This document shows positions 38,401 to 53,400 of a stretch of 64,000 nt of DNA, piece by piece. The notes below the pieces were generated by a model. That model saw nothing but the letters and a program-made list of their open reading frames with translations, was not told the DNA's origin and did no database searches. The position numbers and the translations under genes were made by a program. Source of the stretch: Eledone cirrhosa (lineage: Eukaryota); the NCBI GenBank assembly GCA_964016885.1, contig OZ024741.1, positions 269,762,001 through 269,826,000 on the forward strand, written 5' to 3'. Positions within the stretch are counted from its first letter, which is position 1; each line of letters starts with the position of its first letter.

Positions 38401-41400
38401 ATCCCTCCAGCAGGTAAGGTTATTCTCATTGTCAAAATACCATTTGATCACTCCAATATATATGATTAGTCTCACTGACAAAATATCATTTGATCACTCC
38501 CACATATATGGTTAATCTCACTGACAAAATACCATTTGTTCACTCTAATATATATGGTTTCTCTCATTGACAAAATACCATTTGAACCCTCCAACAGATA
38601 TGATAATTCTCATTGACAAAATACCATTTGAACCCTCCAACCGATATGGTTAGTTTCACTCACAAAATATCATTTGATCACTTCAAAAGATACGGTTAGT
38701 CTCATTGATGAAATACCATTTGATCACTCCAACAAATTCGGTTATTCCCATACACAAAATACCATTTGATCTCTCCAACAGATAGCGTTATTCTCATTGT
38801 CAAAATTCCATTTAATCATTCCAACATATATGGTTAGTCTCACTGACAAAATACCATTTGATCTCTCCCTCAGATAAGTGTAGTCTCACTGACAAACTAC
38901 CATTTGATCACTCCAATAGATATGGTTACTCTCCCTGACAAAATACCATTTGATCATTTCAACACATACAGTAAGTCTCAATACCATTTCATCAACAAAT
39001 ACGGTTATTCCCTTTGCAAAATACCATTTGATCTCTTCAACAGGTAAGGTTATTCTCATTGTCAAAATGCCATTTGATCACTCCAACATATATGGTTAGC
39101 CTCACTGACATAATACCATTTGATCACTCCAACAGATATCGTTATTCTCACTGACAAACGACGATTTGATCGTTCTAGCAGATATGTAAAGTCTAACTGA
39201 CAAAATACCATTTGATCTCTCAGATGAGTGTAATCTCATTAACAAAATACCATTTGACCACTCCAACAGATAAGGCTATTCTCACTGACAAATGACCATT
39301 TGATCTCTCCAGCAGATAAGGTTATTCTCGTTATCAAATACCATTTTATCACTGCAACATATATGGTTCATCTCACTGACAATATAGCATTTGATCACGT
39401 ACATTGGTATGGTTGATGTCCTTGACAAAATACCATTTGATCACTCCAAACAGTTAACGTTATTCTCATTCAAAAAATACCATTTGGTCCCGCCAACAAA
39501 TATGGTTAGTGTCACTGGCAAAATACCATTTGACCACTCCAACAAATAAGGTTATTCTCACTGACAAAATACCATTTGATCACGCTAAAAGATATGGTTA
39601 ATCTCATTGACAAAATACCATTTGATCATTCCAACAGATATGGTTAGTCTCCCTGTCAAGTTACCATTTGATCACTCCAACATATATGGTTAGTCTCATT
39701 GATATAATACCATTTGATCACTCCAATAGATAATATTATTCTCATTTGCAAAATAAATAGCATTTAATCACTCTAACACATGTTGTTGTTCTCACTGACA
39801 AAATACCATTTGCTCACTTCAACAAATACGGTTAATCTCACTGACAAAATACCATTTGATCACTCCAACACATATGGGTAGTAGCATTGACACAATACCA
39901 TTTGATCATTCCAAGATATAACGTTACTCTCATTCACAAAACTCTATTTGATCACTTCAACAGGTACGGTTAGTCTCACTGACAAAATACCATTTGATCT
40001 CTCCAACAGATAAGGTTAGTCTCATTGAAAAAATACCATTTCATCACTCCAACAGATATGGTTATTCTCACTGACAAACGACATTTAGATCACTCCTGTA
40101 GATAGTGATAGTCTTACTGACAAAATACTATTTGATCACTCCTTCAGATAAGGGTAGTCTCATTGACAAAATACCATTTCATCGCTCCAACAGTTGATGT
40201 TATTCTCATTGGCACAAAACCATTTGATCACTCCGACAGATAAGGTTAGTCTCATTGACAAAATACCATTTGATCAATCCAACAGATATGGTTACTCTCA
40301 TTGACAATATAGCAATTGATCACTGTAACAAATAAAGTTATTTTCATTGACAAAATACCATTTGATCACACCACCAGATAGGGTTAGTCTCACTGACAAA
40401 ATACCATTTGATCTCTCCAACAGATAAGGCTAGTAGTCTCATTGACAAAATACCATTTGATCACTCCAGCATATATGTTTATTCTAATTGATAAAATACC
40501 ATTTGATCACTCCAACAGGCACGAGTGGTCTCACTGTAAAAATATCATTTGATCACTCCAAGAGATATGATTAGTCTCATTGACAAAATACCTTTTGACG
40601 CCTCCAACAGATATGGTTAGTCTCATTGACAAAATAACATTTGATCACTCCAACAGATAATGTTATTCTCATTGACAAAATACCATTTGATCACTCCAAC
40701 AGGTATGGTTATTCTCCCTGACAAAATACCATTTGATCACTCCAATAAATATGTTTAGTCTCATTTAAAATATACCATTTCGTCACTGCAACAGATATGG
40801 TTAGTCACACTGACAAAATACCATTTTATCACTCCAACAGATATGTTAGATTTCACTGACAAACGACAGTTTGATCACTCCAACAGATATGGATATTCTC
40901 ACTGACAAAACAACATTTGATCTCTCCAAAAGATATGGTTAGTCTCATTGATAAAATACCATTTGGTCACTCCAACAGTTATGGTTATTCTCGCTGACCA
41001 AAATACCTTTTGATTCTTCCAACCGATAGGGTAAGTCTCATTGACAAAATACCATTTGATCACTCCAACAGTTATGATTAGTCTCAATGAAAAGATACCA
41101 TTTGCTCAATCCAACAAATAAGGTTATTCTCATTGATAGAATACCATTTGATCTCTCCAACAGATAGTGTTAGTCTCATAGAAAAAGAAATTGATTACTC
41201 CAGCGGATAATGTTAGTTTCATTGACAAAATAGCATTTTATCACTTCAACAGATACGGTTAGTCTCACTGAGAATATACCATTTGATCACTTAAATAGAT
41301 GGTTATTCTCCCTGACGAACGACAATTTGGTCACTGCAGCAGATGTTGTTAATCTCACTGACAAAATACCATTTGATCATTCCAACAGATATGGTTAATC

Positions 41401-44400
41401 TCACTGACAAGATACCATTTGATCACTGGAACAGATATGTTTAGACTCACTGACAAAATACCATTTGATTGCTCCAACAGATGAGGTTATTCTCATTGAC
41501 ACAATACCATTTGATCACGCCAACTGTTAAGGTTAGTCTCATTGACAAAATACCATTTGATCTCTCCAACCCATATGGTTAGTCCCAATGACAAAATACC
41601 ATTTGATCAATCTGACATATATGGTTACTCTCGTTTACAATATACCAATTGATCACACTAACAAATAACGTTACTCCCATTGACAAAACTCCATTTGATC
41701 ACTTCAACAGATACGGTTAGTCTCACTGACAAAATACCATTGTGATCTCTCCAACAGATAGTTATTCTCATTATCAAAATGCCATTTGATCACTCCAAAA
41801 TGTATGGTTAGTCTCACTGACAGAATACCATTTGAACTCTGCAGCAGATAAAGTTATTCTCATTGACAAAATAACATTTGATCACTCCATAAGATATGAT
41901 TAGTCGTACTGTCAAAATACCATTTGATCTCACCAACAGATAGTTATTCTCATTGTGAAAATGCCATTTGATCACTACAAACGATATGGTTACTATCATT
42001 GTCAAAATAGGATTTTATCACTCCAACAAATAAGGTTATTCTCGTTGACAAAATAACATTGATCCCTCCTACATATATGATTAATCTCACTGACAAAATA
42101 CCATTTGATCACTCCTTAAGGTAAGCGTAGTCCATTGACAAAATACAATTTGATCGCTCTAACAGTTGATGTTATTTTCATTGACACCATACCATTTGAT
42201 CACACCATTAGATATGGTTAGTCTCACTGACAAAATACCATTTGATCTCTCCAACATGTATGGTTATTCTCTTTGAAAATATACCATTTGATATCTCCAA
42301 CAGGTACGGGTAGTCTCACTGAAAAAATGCCATTTGATCACTCCAAGAGATATGATTAGTCTCTCTGACAATATAACATTTCATCACTCCAACATTTATG
42401 GTTAGTCTCATTGATAAAATACCATTTGATCACTCCAACAGATATGGTTATTCTCACTGACAAAATACCATTTGATCACTCCAAAATATATCGTTAGGCC
42501 CATTCATAAAATACCATTTGATCACCCCAACTTGTAGGGTTAGACTCACTGACAAAATAACATTTGATCGCTCTTCACATAAGGTTAGTCTCATTGACAA
42601 AATCCCATTTGATCACCCCAACAGTTAAGGTTAGTCTTATTCACAAATACCATTTGATCACTCCAGCTGATATGGTTAGTCTCATTGACAAAATATCAAT
42701 TGATCACTGTAAGAAATAAGGTTATTCTCATTGACAAAATAACATTTGATAACACCAACAGATATGGTTAGTCTCACTGACAAAATACAATTTGATCACT
42801 CAAACAGATATATTAAATCTCACTGAACAACGACAATTTGATCACTCCAAAAGATATGGATATTCTCACTGACGAAATACCATTTGATCACTCCAACGTA
42901 TATGGTTATTCTCACTGACAAAACATAATTTGGTCACTCCAACAGATATGGTTAGTCTCCTTGACAAAATACCATTTGATCACTCCATCATATATGGTTA
43001 GTCTCATTGATCAAATACCATTTTATCACTCCAACAGATATGGCTATTTTGGCTGACCAAAATACCATTTGATCCCTCCAACATATATGGTTATTCTAAT
43101 TGACAAAATGTCACTTGATCACTCCAACGGATATTGTTGTTCTCATTGACAAAATACCATTTCATTACTCCAACAAATATGGTTAGTCTCATTGTCAAAA
43201 CACCATTTGATCACTCCAACAGATATCGTTATTTTGATTGATAAAATTCCATTTGATCACTCCAACCTATATGGTTAGTCTCACTGACAAAATACCATTT
43301 GATCGCACTTCACATATGGATAGTCTCACTGACAAAATAACATTTGATCCCTCCAGCAGATATAGTTATTCTGACTGACAAATTACCATTCGATCACTCC
43401 AACAGATATGGTTAGTCTCACTGACAAAATAAAATTTGATATATGCAACAGATACGGTTATTGTCATTGATAAAATACCATTTGATCACACCAACAGATA
43501 TGGTTACTCTCATTGTCAATATACCATTTCATCACTCCCACAAATATTGTTAGTCTCATTGACAAAATATTATTTGATCACTCCAACCTATCTGATTATT
43601 CTCATTGAGAAAATGCCATTTGATCTCCCCAACAGATATGATTAGTCTGAGTGTCAAAATACCATTTGATTACTCCAACACATATGGTTAGTCTCATTGA
43701 CAAGATGCCATTTGGTCACTCCAACAGATAAGGTTATTCTCGTTGACAAAATACCATTTGATCCCTCCAACAGATATGGTAAGTGTCTCTGTCAAAATAC
43801 CATTTGATCACCACAAATAAGGTTATTTTTCATAGACAAAATACCATTTGATCATTCCAACCGATATGGTTAGTTTCACTGACAAAATAATAGTTCATCA
43901 CCTCAACAGATACGATTAGTCGCACTGACAAAATACCATTTGATCACTTCAACAGATACGTTTAGTCTAATTGACAAAATACCATTTGATCACTCCAACA
44001 AATAAGGTTCTTTTTCATACACAAAATACCATTTGTTCACTCCCCCAGATGCTATTAGTCTCACTGACAAAATACAATTTCATCTCTCCAAAAGATAATG
44101 TTAGTCTCATTGCCAAAATACTATTTGATTACTTCAACAGATACGGTGAGTCTCCCTGTCAAATTACCATTTGATCACTCCAACAGGTATCGGTAGACTC
44201 ACTGACAAAATACCATTTTATCACACCAACATCTATGGTTAGTCTCATTGACCAAATACCATTTGATTGCTCCATCTGATGAGGTTATTCTCATTGACAA
44301 AATACCATTTGATAACTCCTACATATATGGTTAGTCTCACTGACAAAATACCATTTGATCAATCTGACATATATGGTTACTCTCATTGACGAAATACCAA

Positions 44401-47400
44401 TTGATCACTGTAATATATAAGGTTATTCTCATTGACAAATTACCATTTGATCACACCAACAGATATGGTTAGTCTCACTCACAAAATACCATTTGATCAC
44501 TCCTTCAGATAAAGGTAGTCTCATTGACAAAATACCAATTGAGCGCTACAACAGTTGATGTCATTCTCATTGACACAATACCATTTGATCAATCCAACAG
44601 ATATAATTACTCTCATTGGCAAAATACCATTAGATCCCTATAGCAAGTAAGGTCATTCTCATTGATTAAATAGCATCTGATCACACCACCATATATGGTT
44701 AGTCTCACTGACAAAATACCATTTAGTCACTCCTGCATATATGGTTATTCTCATTGAAAGAATATCATTTGATCTCTCCAACAGGTACGAGTACTCTCAC
44801 TGACAAAATACCATTTGATCATCCCAACAGATAAGGTTATTCTCACTGTCAAAATACCATTTGATCACTTCAACAGATACGGTTAGTCTCAATGACAAAA
44901 TACAATTTGATCCCTCTAACAGATATGGTTAGTCTCCCTGACAAATTGCCATTTGATCACTCCAATATATATGGTTAGACTCATTTATAAAATACCATTT
45001 CATCACTCCAACAGACATGGCTCGTCTCACTGACAGAATACCATTTTATCACTCCAGAAGATATGGTTAGTCTCATTGACAAAATACCATTTGATCACCG
45101 CAACAGTTAAAGTTAGTCTCATTGAAAAAATACCATTTGATCACTCCATCTGATATGGTTATTCTCATTGACAAAATACCATTTGATCACACCACCAGAT
45201 ATGGTTAGTCTCACTGACAAAATACAATCTGATCTCTCCAACACATATGTTCAGTCTCACTGACAAAATACCATTTGCTCAATTCAACAGATATAATTAC
45301 TCTCATTGATAAAATACCATTTGATCACACCACCATATCTGGTTAGTCTGATTGACAAAATACAATTTGATATCACCAACACGTACGAATATTCTCACTG
45401 ACAAAATACCATTTTATCACTCCAACAGACATGGGTAGTCTCCCTGACAAATTACCATTTGATCACTCCAACATATATGATTAGTCTCATTGATAAAATA
45501 CCATTTGATCACTGAAACAGATATGGATGTTCTCATTGAATAAGTGCCATTTCATCACTCCAACAGATATGGTTAGTTTCATTGACAAAATACCATTTGA
45601 TCACCCCAACAGTTAAGGTTAGTCTCATTGACAAAATACCATTTGATCATTCCATCTGATATGGTTAGTCTCATTGACAAAATACCTTATGATCTCTCCA
45701 ACCTATATGGTTGGTCTCACTGACAAAATACAAATTGATCACTAACAAATAAGGTTATTCTCATTGACAAAATACCATTTGATCACACCACCATATATCA
45801 AAATAAAATTTGATCTCTCCAACAGATAATGTTTGTCTCACTGACAAAATACCATTTGATCACTTCAACAGATAGGTTTAGTCTCCCTGACAAATTACCA
45901 TTAGATCACTCCAACCTATATGGTTATTCTCATTGACAAAATGCCATTTGGTCAATCACTCCAACAGATTAGGTTAGACTCATTGACAAACGACAATTTG
46001 ATCACTCCAGCAGATATGGATATTCTCATTGACAAAATACCATTTGATCACCCCAACAGTTAAAGTTAGTCTCATTGAAAAAATACCATTTGATCACCCC
46101 ATCTGATATGGTTTGTCTCATTGACTCAATACCATTTGATCTCTCCAACCTATATGGTTAGTCTCACTGACAAAATACCAATTGATCTCTCTAACAAATA
46201 TGGTTATTCTCATTGACAAAATACCATTTGATCACACCACCATATATGGTTAGACTCACTGACAAAATACAATTTGATTTCTCCGACAGATAATGTTAGT
46301 CCCATTGACAAAATACCATTTGATCTCTCCAACAGATATGTTCAGTCTCACTAACAAAATACTATTTGATCAATTCAACAGATATAATTACTGTCATTAA
46401 TAAAATACCAATTGATCCCTCTAACAAATGAGAATATTGTCATTGACAAAATACCATTTGATCACACCACCATATATGGTTAGTCTCATTGACAAAATAC
46501 CATTTGATATCTCCAACAGGTACGAGTACTCTCACTGACAAAATACCATTCTATCACTCCAACAGACATGAGTAGTGTCCCTGACAAATTACCATTTGAC
46601 AACTCCAACGTATATGATTAGTCTTATTGATAAAATACCATTTGATCAATGAAACAGATATGGGTATTCTCATTGACAAAGTGCCATTTCATCACTCGAA
46701 CAGATATGGTTAGTTTCACTGACAAAATACTATTTGATCAATCTGACAAATATGGTTACTCTCATTAACGAAATACCAATTTATCACTGTAACATATAAG
46801 GTTATTCTCATTGACAAAATACCATTTGATCACACCAACAGATATGGTTAGTTTCACTGACAAAATACCATTTGATGACTCCTTCAGATAAAGGTAGTCT
46901 CATTGACAAAATACCAATTGAACGCTGCAACACTTGATGTCATTCTCATTGACACAATACCATTTGATCTCTCCAACCGATAAGGTTAGTCTCATTCACA
47001 AAATACCATTTGGTCACTCCTGCATATATGGTTATTCTCATTGAAAGAATATCATTTGATCTCTCCAACAGGTACGAGTACTCTCACTGACAATATACCG
47101 TTTGATCGCCCCAACAGTTAAGGTTATTCTCACTGACAAAATACCATTTGATCACTTCAACAGATACGGTTAGTCTCAATGACAAAATACCATTTGATCT
47201 CTCTAACAGATATGGTTAGTCTCCCTGACAAATTACCATTTGATCACTCCAGCATATATGGTTAGTCTCATTTATAAAATACCATTTCATCACTCCAACA
47301 GACATGGCTCGTCTCACTGACAGAATACCATTTTATCACTCCAGAAGATATGGTTAGTCTCATTGACAAAATACTATTTGATCACCCCAAGAGTTAAAGT

Positions 47401-50400
47401 TAGTCTCATTGGAAAAATACCATTTGATCACTCCATCTGATATGGTTATTCTCATTTACAAAATACCATTTGATCACACCACCAGATATGGTTAGTCTCA
47501 CTGACAAAATACCATTTGATCAATTCAACAGATATAATACCATTTGATCCCTCTAACAAATAAGGTTATTGTCATTGATAAAACATCATTTGATCACACC
47601 ACCATATATGGTTAGTCTCATTGACAAAATACCATTTGATATCACCAACAGGTACGAATACTCTCACTGACAAAATACCATTTTATCACTCCAACAGACA
47701 TGGGTAGTCTCCCTGACAAATTACGATTTGATCACTCCAACATATATGATTAGTCTCATTGATAAAATACCATTTGATCACTCTAACAGATATGTTTATT
47801 CTCATTGACAAAGTGCCATTTCATCACACCAACAGTTAAGGTTTGTCTCATTGACAAAATACCATTTGATCATTCCATCTGATTTGGTTAGTCTCATTGA
47901 AAAAATACCATTTGATCACTCCATCTGATATGGTTTGTCTCATTGACTCAATACCATTTGATCTCTCCAACCTATATGGTTAGTCTCACTGACAAAATAC
48001 CAATTGATCTCTCTAACAAATAAGTTTATTGTCATTGAAAAAATACCATTTGATCACACCACCAGATATGGTTAGCCTCACTGACAAAATACAATTTGAT
48101 CTCTCCGACAGATAATGTTAGTCCCATTGACAAAATACCATTTGATCTCTCCAACAGATATGTTCAGTCTCACTGTCAAAATACTATTTGATCAATTCAA
48201 CACATATAATTACTGTCATTGACAAAATACCATTTGATCACACCACCATATATGATTAGTCTCATTGACAAAATACCATTTGACATCTCCAACAGGTACG
48301 AGTACTCTCACTGACAAAATACCATTTTATCACTCCAACAGACATGGGTAGTCTCCCTGACAAATTACCATTTGACAACTCCAACATATATGATTAGTCT
48401 CATTGATAAAATACCATTTGATCACTGAAACAGATAAGGTTATTCTCATTGACAAAGTGCCATTTCATCAATCCAACAGATATGGTTAGTTTCATTCACA
48501 AAATATTATTTAATCACCCCAAAAGTTAAGGTTAGTCTCATTGACAAAATACCATTTGATCATTCCATCTGATATGGTTAGTCTCATTGACAAAATACCA
48601 TTTGATCATTCCATCTGATATGGTTAGTCTCACTGACAAAATACCAATTGATCACTCTAACAAATAAGGTTATTCTCATTGATAAAATACCATTTGATTA
48701 CACCACCATATATGGTTAGTCTCACTGACAAAATAAAATTTGATCTCTCTAACAAATAAAGTTATTGTCATTGACAAAATACCATTTGATCACACTACCA
48801 GATATGGTTAGTCTCACTAACAAAATACAATTTGATCTCTCCGACAGATAAGGTTAGTCCCATTGACAAAATACCATTTGATCACTCCAACTGATATGTT
48901 TAGTCTCATTCACAAAATACCATTTGATCTCTCCAACAATATGGTTAGTCTCACTGACAAAATACCATTTGATCAATTGAACAGATATAATTATTCTCAT
49001 TGACAAAATACCAATTGATCCCTCTAACAAATAAGGTTATTCTCATTGACAAAATACCATTTGATCACACCACCATATATGGTTAGTCTCACTGACAAAA
49101 TACCATTTGATCTCTCCAACAGGTACGAGTACTCTCCCTGACAAAATACCATTTTATCTCTCCAACAGATAATGTTAGTCTCACTGACAAAATACCATTT
49201 GATCCCTCCAACAGATATGGTTAGTCTTCCTGTCAATTTACCATTTGATCGCTCCAACCTATATGGTTATTCTCACTGACATAATGCCATTTGATCACTC
49301 CAACAGATATGGGTCGTCTCACTGACATTGATTGCTCCAACAGATGAGGTTTGTCTCATTGACACAATACCATTTGATCAATCCAACAGATATGGTTATT
49401 CTCATTGACAATATACCAATTGATCACTAACAACTACGGTTATTCTCATTGACAAAATACCATTTGATCACACCAACAGATATGGTTAGTTTCACTGACA
49501 AAATACCATTTGATGACTCCTTCAGATAAAGGTAGTCTCATTGACAAAATACCAATTGAACGCTGCAACACTTGATGTCATTCTCATTGACACAATACCA
49601 TTTGATCTCTCCAACCGATAAGGTTAGTCTCATTCACAAAATACCATTTGGTCACTCCTGCATATATGGTTATTCTCATTGAAAGAATATCATTTGATCT
49701 CTCCAACAGGTACGAGTACTCTCACTGACAATATACCGTTTGATCGTCCCAACAGTTAAGGTTATTCTCACTGACAAAATACCATTTGATCACTTCAACA
49801 GATACGGTTAGTCTCAATGACAAAATACCATTTGATCTCTCTAACAGATATGGTTAGTCCCCCTGACAAATTACCATTTGATCACTCCAGCATATATGGT
49901 TAGTCTCATTTATAAAATACCATTTCATCACTCCAACAGACATGGCTCGTCTCACTGACAGAATACCATTTTATCACTCCAGAAGATATGGTTAGTCTCA
50001 TTGACAAAATACTATTTGATCACCCGAACAGTTAAAGTTAGTCTCATTGGAAAAATACCATTTGATCACTCCATCTGATATGGTTATTCTCATTTACAAA
50101 ATACCATTTGATCACACCACCAGATATGGTTAGTCTCACTGACAAAATAAAATTTGATCTCTCTAACAAATAAAGTTATTGTCATTGACAAAATACCATT
50201 TGATCACACTACCAGATATGGTTAGTCTCACTAACAAAATACAATTTGATCTCTCCGACAGATAAGGTTAGTCCCATTGACAAAATACCATTTGATCACT
50301 CCAACTGATATGTTTAGTCTCATTCACAAAATACCATTTGATCTCTCCAACAATATGGTTAGTCTCACTGACAAAATACCATTTGATCAATTGAACAGAT

Positions 50401-53400
50401 ATAATTATTCTCATTGACAAAATACCAATTGATCCCTCTAACAAATAAGGTTATTCTCATTGACAAAATACCATTTGATCACACCACCATATATGGTTAG
50501 TCTCACTGACAAAATACCATTTGATCTCTCCAACAGGTACGAGTGCTCTCCCTGACAAAATACCATTTTATCTCTCCAACAGATAATGTTAGTCTCACTG
50601 ACAAAATACCATTTGATCCCTCCAACAGATATGGTTAGTCTTCCTGACAATTTACCATTTGATCGCTCCAACCTATATGGTTATTCTCACTGACATAATG
50701 CCATTTGATCACTCCAACAGATATGGGTCGTCTCACTGACATTGATTGCTCCAACAGATGAGGTTTGTCTCATTGACACAATACCATTTGATCAATCCAA
50801 CAGATATGGTTATTCTCATTGACAATATACCAATTGATCACTAACAACTACGGTTATTCTCATTGACAAAATACCATTTGATCACACCAACAGATATGGT
50901 TAGTTTCACTGACAAAATACCATTTGATGACTCCTTCAGATAAAGGTAGTCTCATTGACAAAATACCAATTGAACGCTGCAACACTTGATGTCATTCTCA
51001 TTGACACAATACCATTTGATCTCTCCAACCGATAAGGTTAGTCTCATTCACAAAATACCATTTGGTCACTCCTGCATATATGGTTATTCTCATTGAAAGA
51101 ATATCATTTGATCTCTCCAACAGGTACGAGTACTCTCACTGACAATATACCGTTTGATCGTCCCAACAGTTAAGGTTATTCTCACTGACAAAATACCATT
51201 TGATCACTTCAACAGATACGGTTAGTCTCAATGACAAAATACCATTTGATCTCTCTAACAGATATGGTTAGTCTCCCTGACAAATTACCATTTGATCACT
51301 CCAGCATATATGGTTAGTCTCATTTATAAAATACCATTTCATCACTCCAACAGACATGGCTCGTCTCACTGACAGAATACCATTTTATCACTCCAGAAGA
51401 TATGGTTAGTCTCATTGACAAAATACTATTTGATCACCCGAACAGTTAAAGTTAGTCTCATTGGAAAAATACCATTTGATCACTCCATCTGATATGGTTA
51501 TTCTCATTTACAAAATACCATTTGATCACACCACCAGATATGGTTAGTCTCACTGACAAAATACCATTTGATCAATTCAACAGATATAATACCATTTGAT
51601 CCCTCTAACAAATAAGGTTATTGTCATTGATAAAACATCATTTGATCACACCACCATATATGGTTAGTCTCATTGACAAAATACCATTTGATATCACCAA
51701 CAGGTACGAATACTCTCACTGACAAAATACCATTTTATCACTCCAACAGACATGGGTAGTCTCCCTGACAAATTACGATTTGATCACTCCAACATATATG
51801 ATTAGTCTCATTGATAAAATACCATTTGATCACTCTAACAGATATGTTTATTCTCATTGACAAAGTGCCATTTCATCACACCAACAGTTAAGGTTTGTCT
51901 CATTGACAAAATACCATTTGATCATTCCATCTGATTTGGTTAGTCTCATTGAAAAAATACCATTTGATCACTCCATCTGATATGGTTTGTCTCATTGACT
52001 CAATACCATTTGATCTCTCCAACCTATATGGTTAGTCTCACTGACAAAATACCAATTGATCTCTCTAACAAATAAGTTTATTGTCATTGAAAAAATACCA
52101 TTTGATCACACCACCAGATATGGTTAGCCTCACTGACAAAATACAATTTGATCTCTCCGACAGATAATGTTAGTCCCATTGACAAAATACCATTTGATCT
52201 CTCCAACAGATATGTTCAGTCTCACTGTCAAAGTACTATTTGATCAATTCAACACATATAATTACTGTCATTGACAAAATACCATTTGATCACACCACCA
52301 TATATGATTAGTCTCATTGACAAAATACCATTTGACATCTCCAACAGGTACGAGTACTCTCACTGACAAAATACCATTTTATCACTCCAACAGATATGGG
52401 TAGTCTCCCTGACAAATTACCATTTGACAACTCCAACATATATGATTAGTCTCATTGATAAAATACCATTTGATCACTGAAACAGATAAGGTTATTCTCA
52501 TTGACAAAGTGCCATTTCATCAATCCAACAGATATGGTTAGTTTCATTCACAAAATACTATTTAATCACCCCAAAAGTTAAGGTTAGTCTCATTGACAAA
52601 ATACCATTTGATCATTCCATCTGATATGGTTAGTCTCATTGACAAAATACCATTTGATCATTCCATCTGATATGGTTAGTCTCACTGACAAAATACCAAT
52701 TGATCACTCTAACAAATAAGGTTATTCTCATTGATAAAATACCATTTGATTACACCACCATATATGGTTAGTCTCACTGACAAAATAAAATTTGATCTCT
52801 CTAACAAATAAAGTTATTGTCATTGACAAAATACCATTTGATCACACTACCAGATATGGTTAGTCTCACTAACAAAATACAATTTGATCTCTCCGACAGA
52901 TAAGGTTAGTCCCATTGACAAAATACCATTTGATCACTCCAACTGATATGTTTAGTCTCATTCACAAAATACCATTTGATCTCTCCAACAATATGGTTAG
53001 TCTCACTGACAAAATACCATTTGATCAATTGAACAGATATAATTATTCTCATTGACAAAATACCAATTGATCCCTCTAACAAATAAGGTTATTCTCATTG
53101 ACAAAATACCATTTGATCACACCACCATATATGGTTAGTCTCACTGACAAAATACCATTTGATCTCTCCAACAGGTACGAGTACTCTCCCTGACAAAATA
53201 CCATTTTATCTCTCCAACAGATAATGTTAGTCTCACTGACAAAATACCATTTGATCCCTCCAACAGATATGGTTAGTCTTCCTGACAATTTACCATTTGA
53301 TCGCTCCAACCTATATGGTTATTCTCACTGACATAATGCCATTTGATCACTCCAACAGATATGGGTCGTCTCACTGACATTGATTGCTCCAACAGATGAG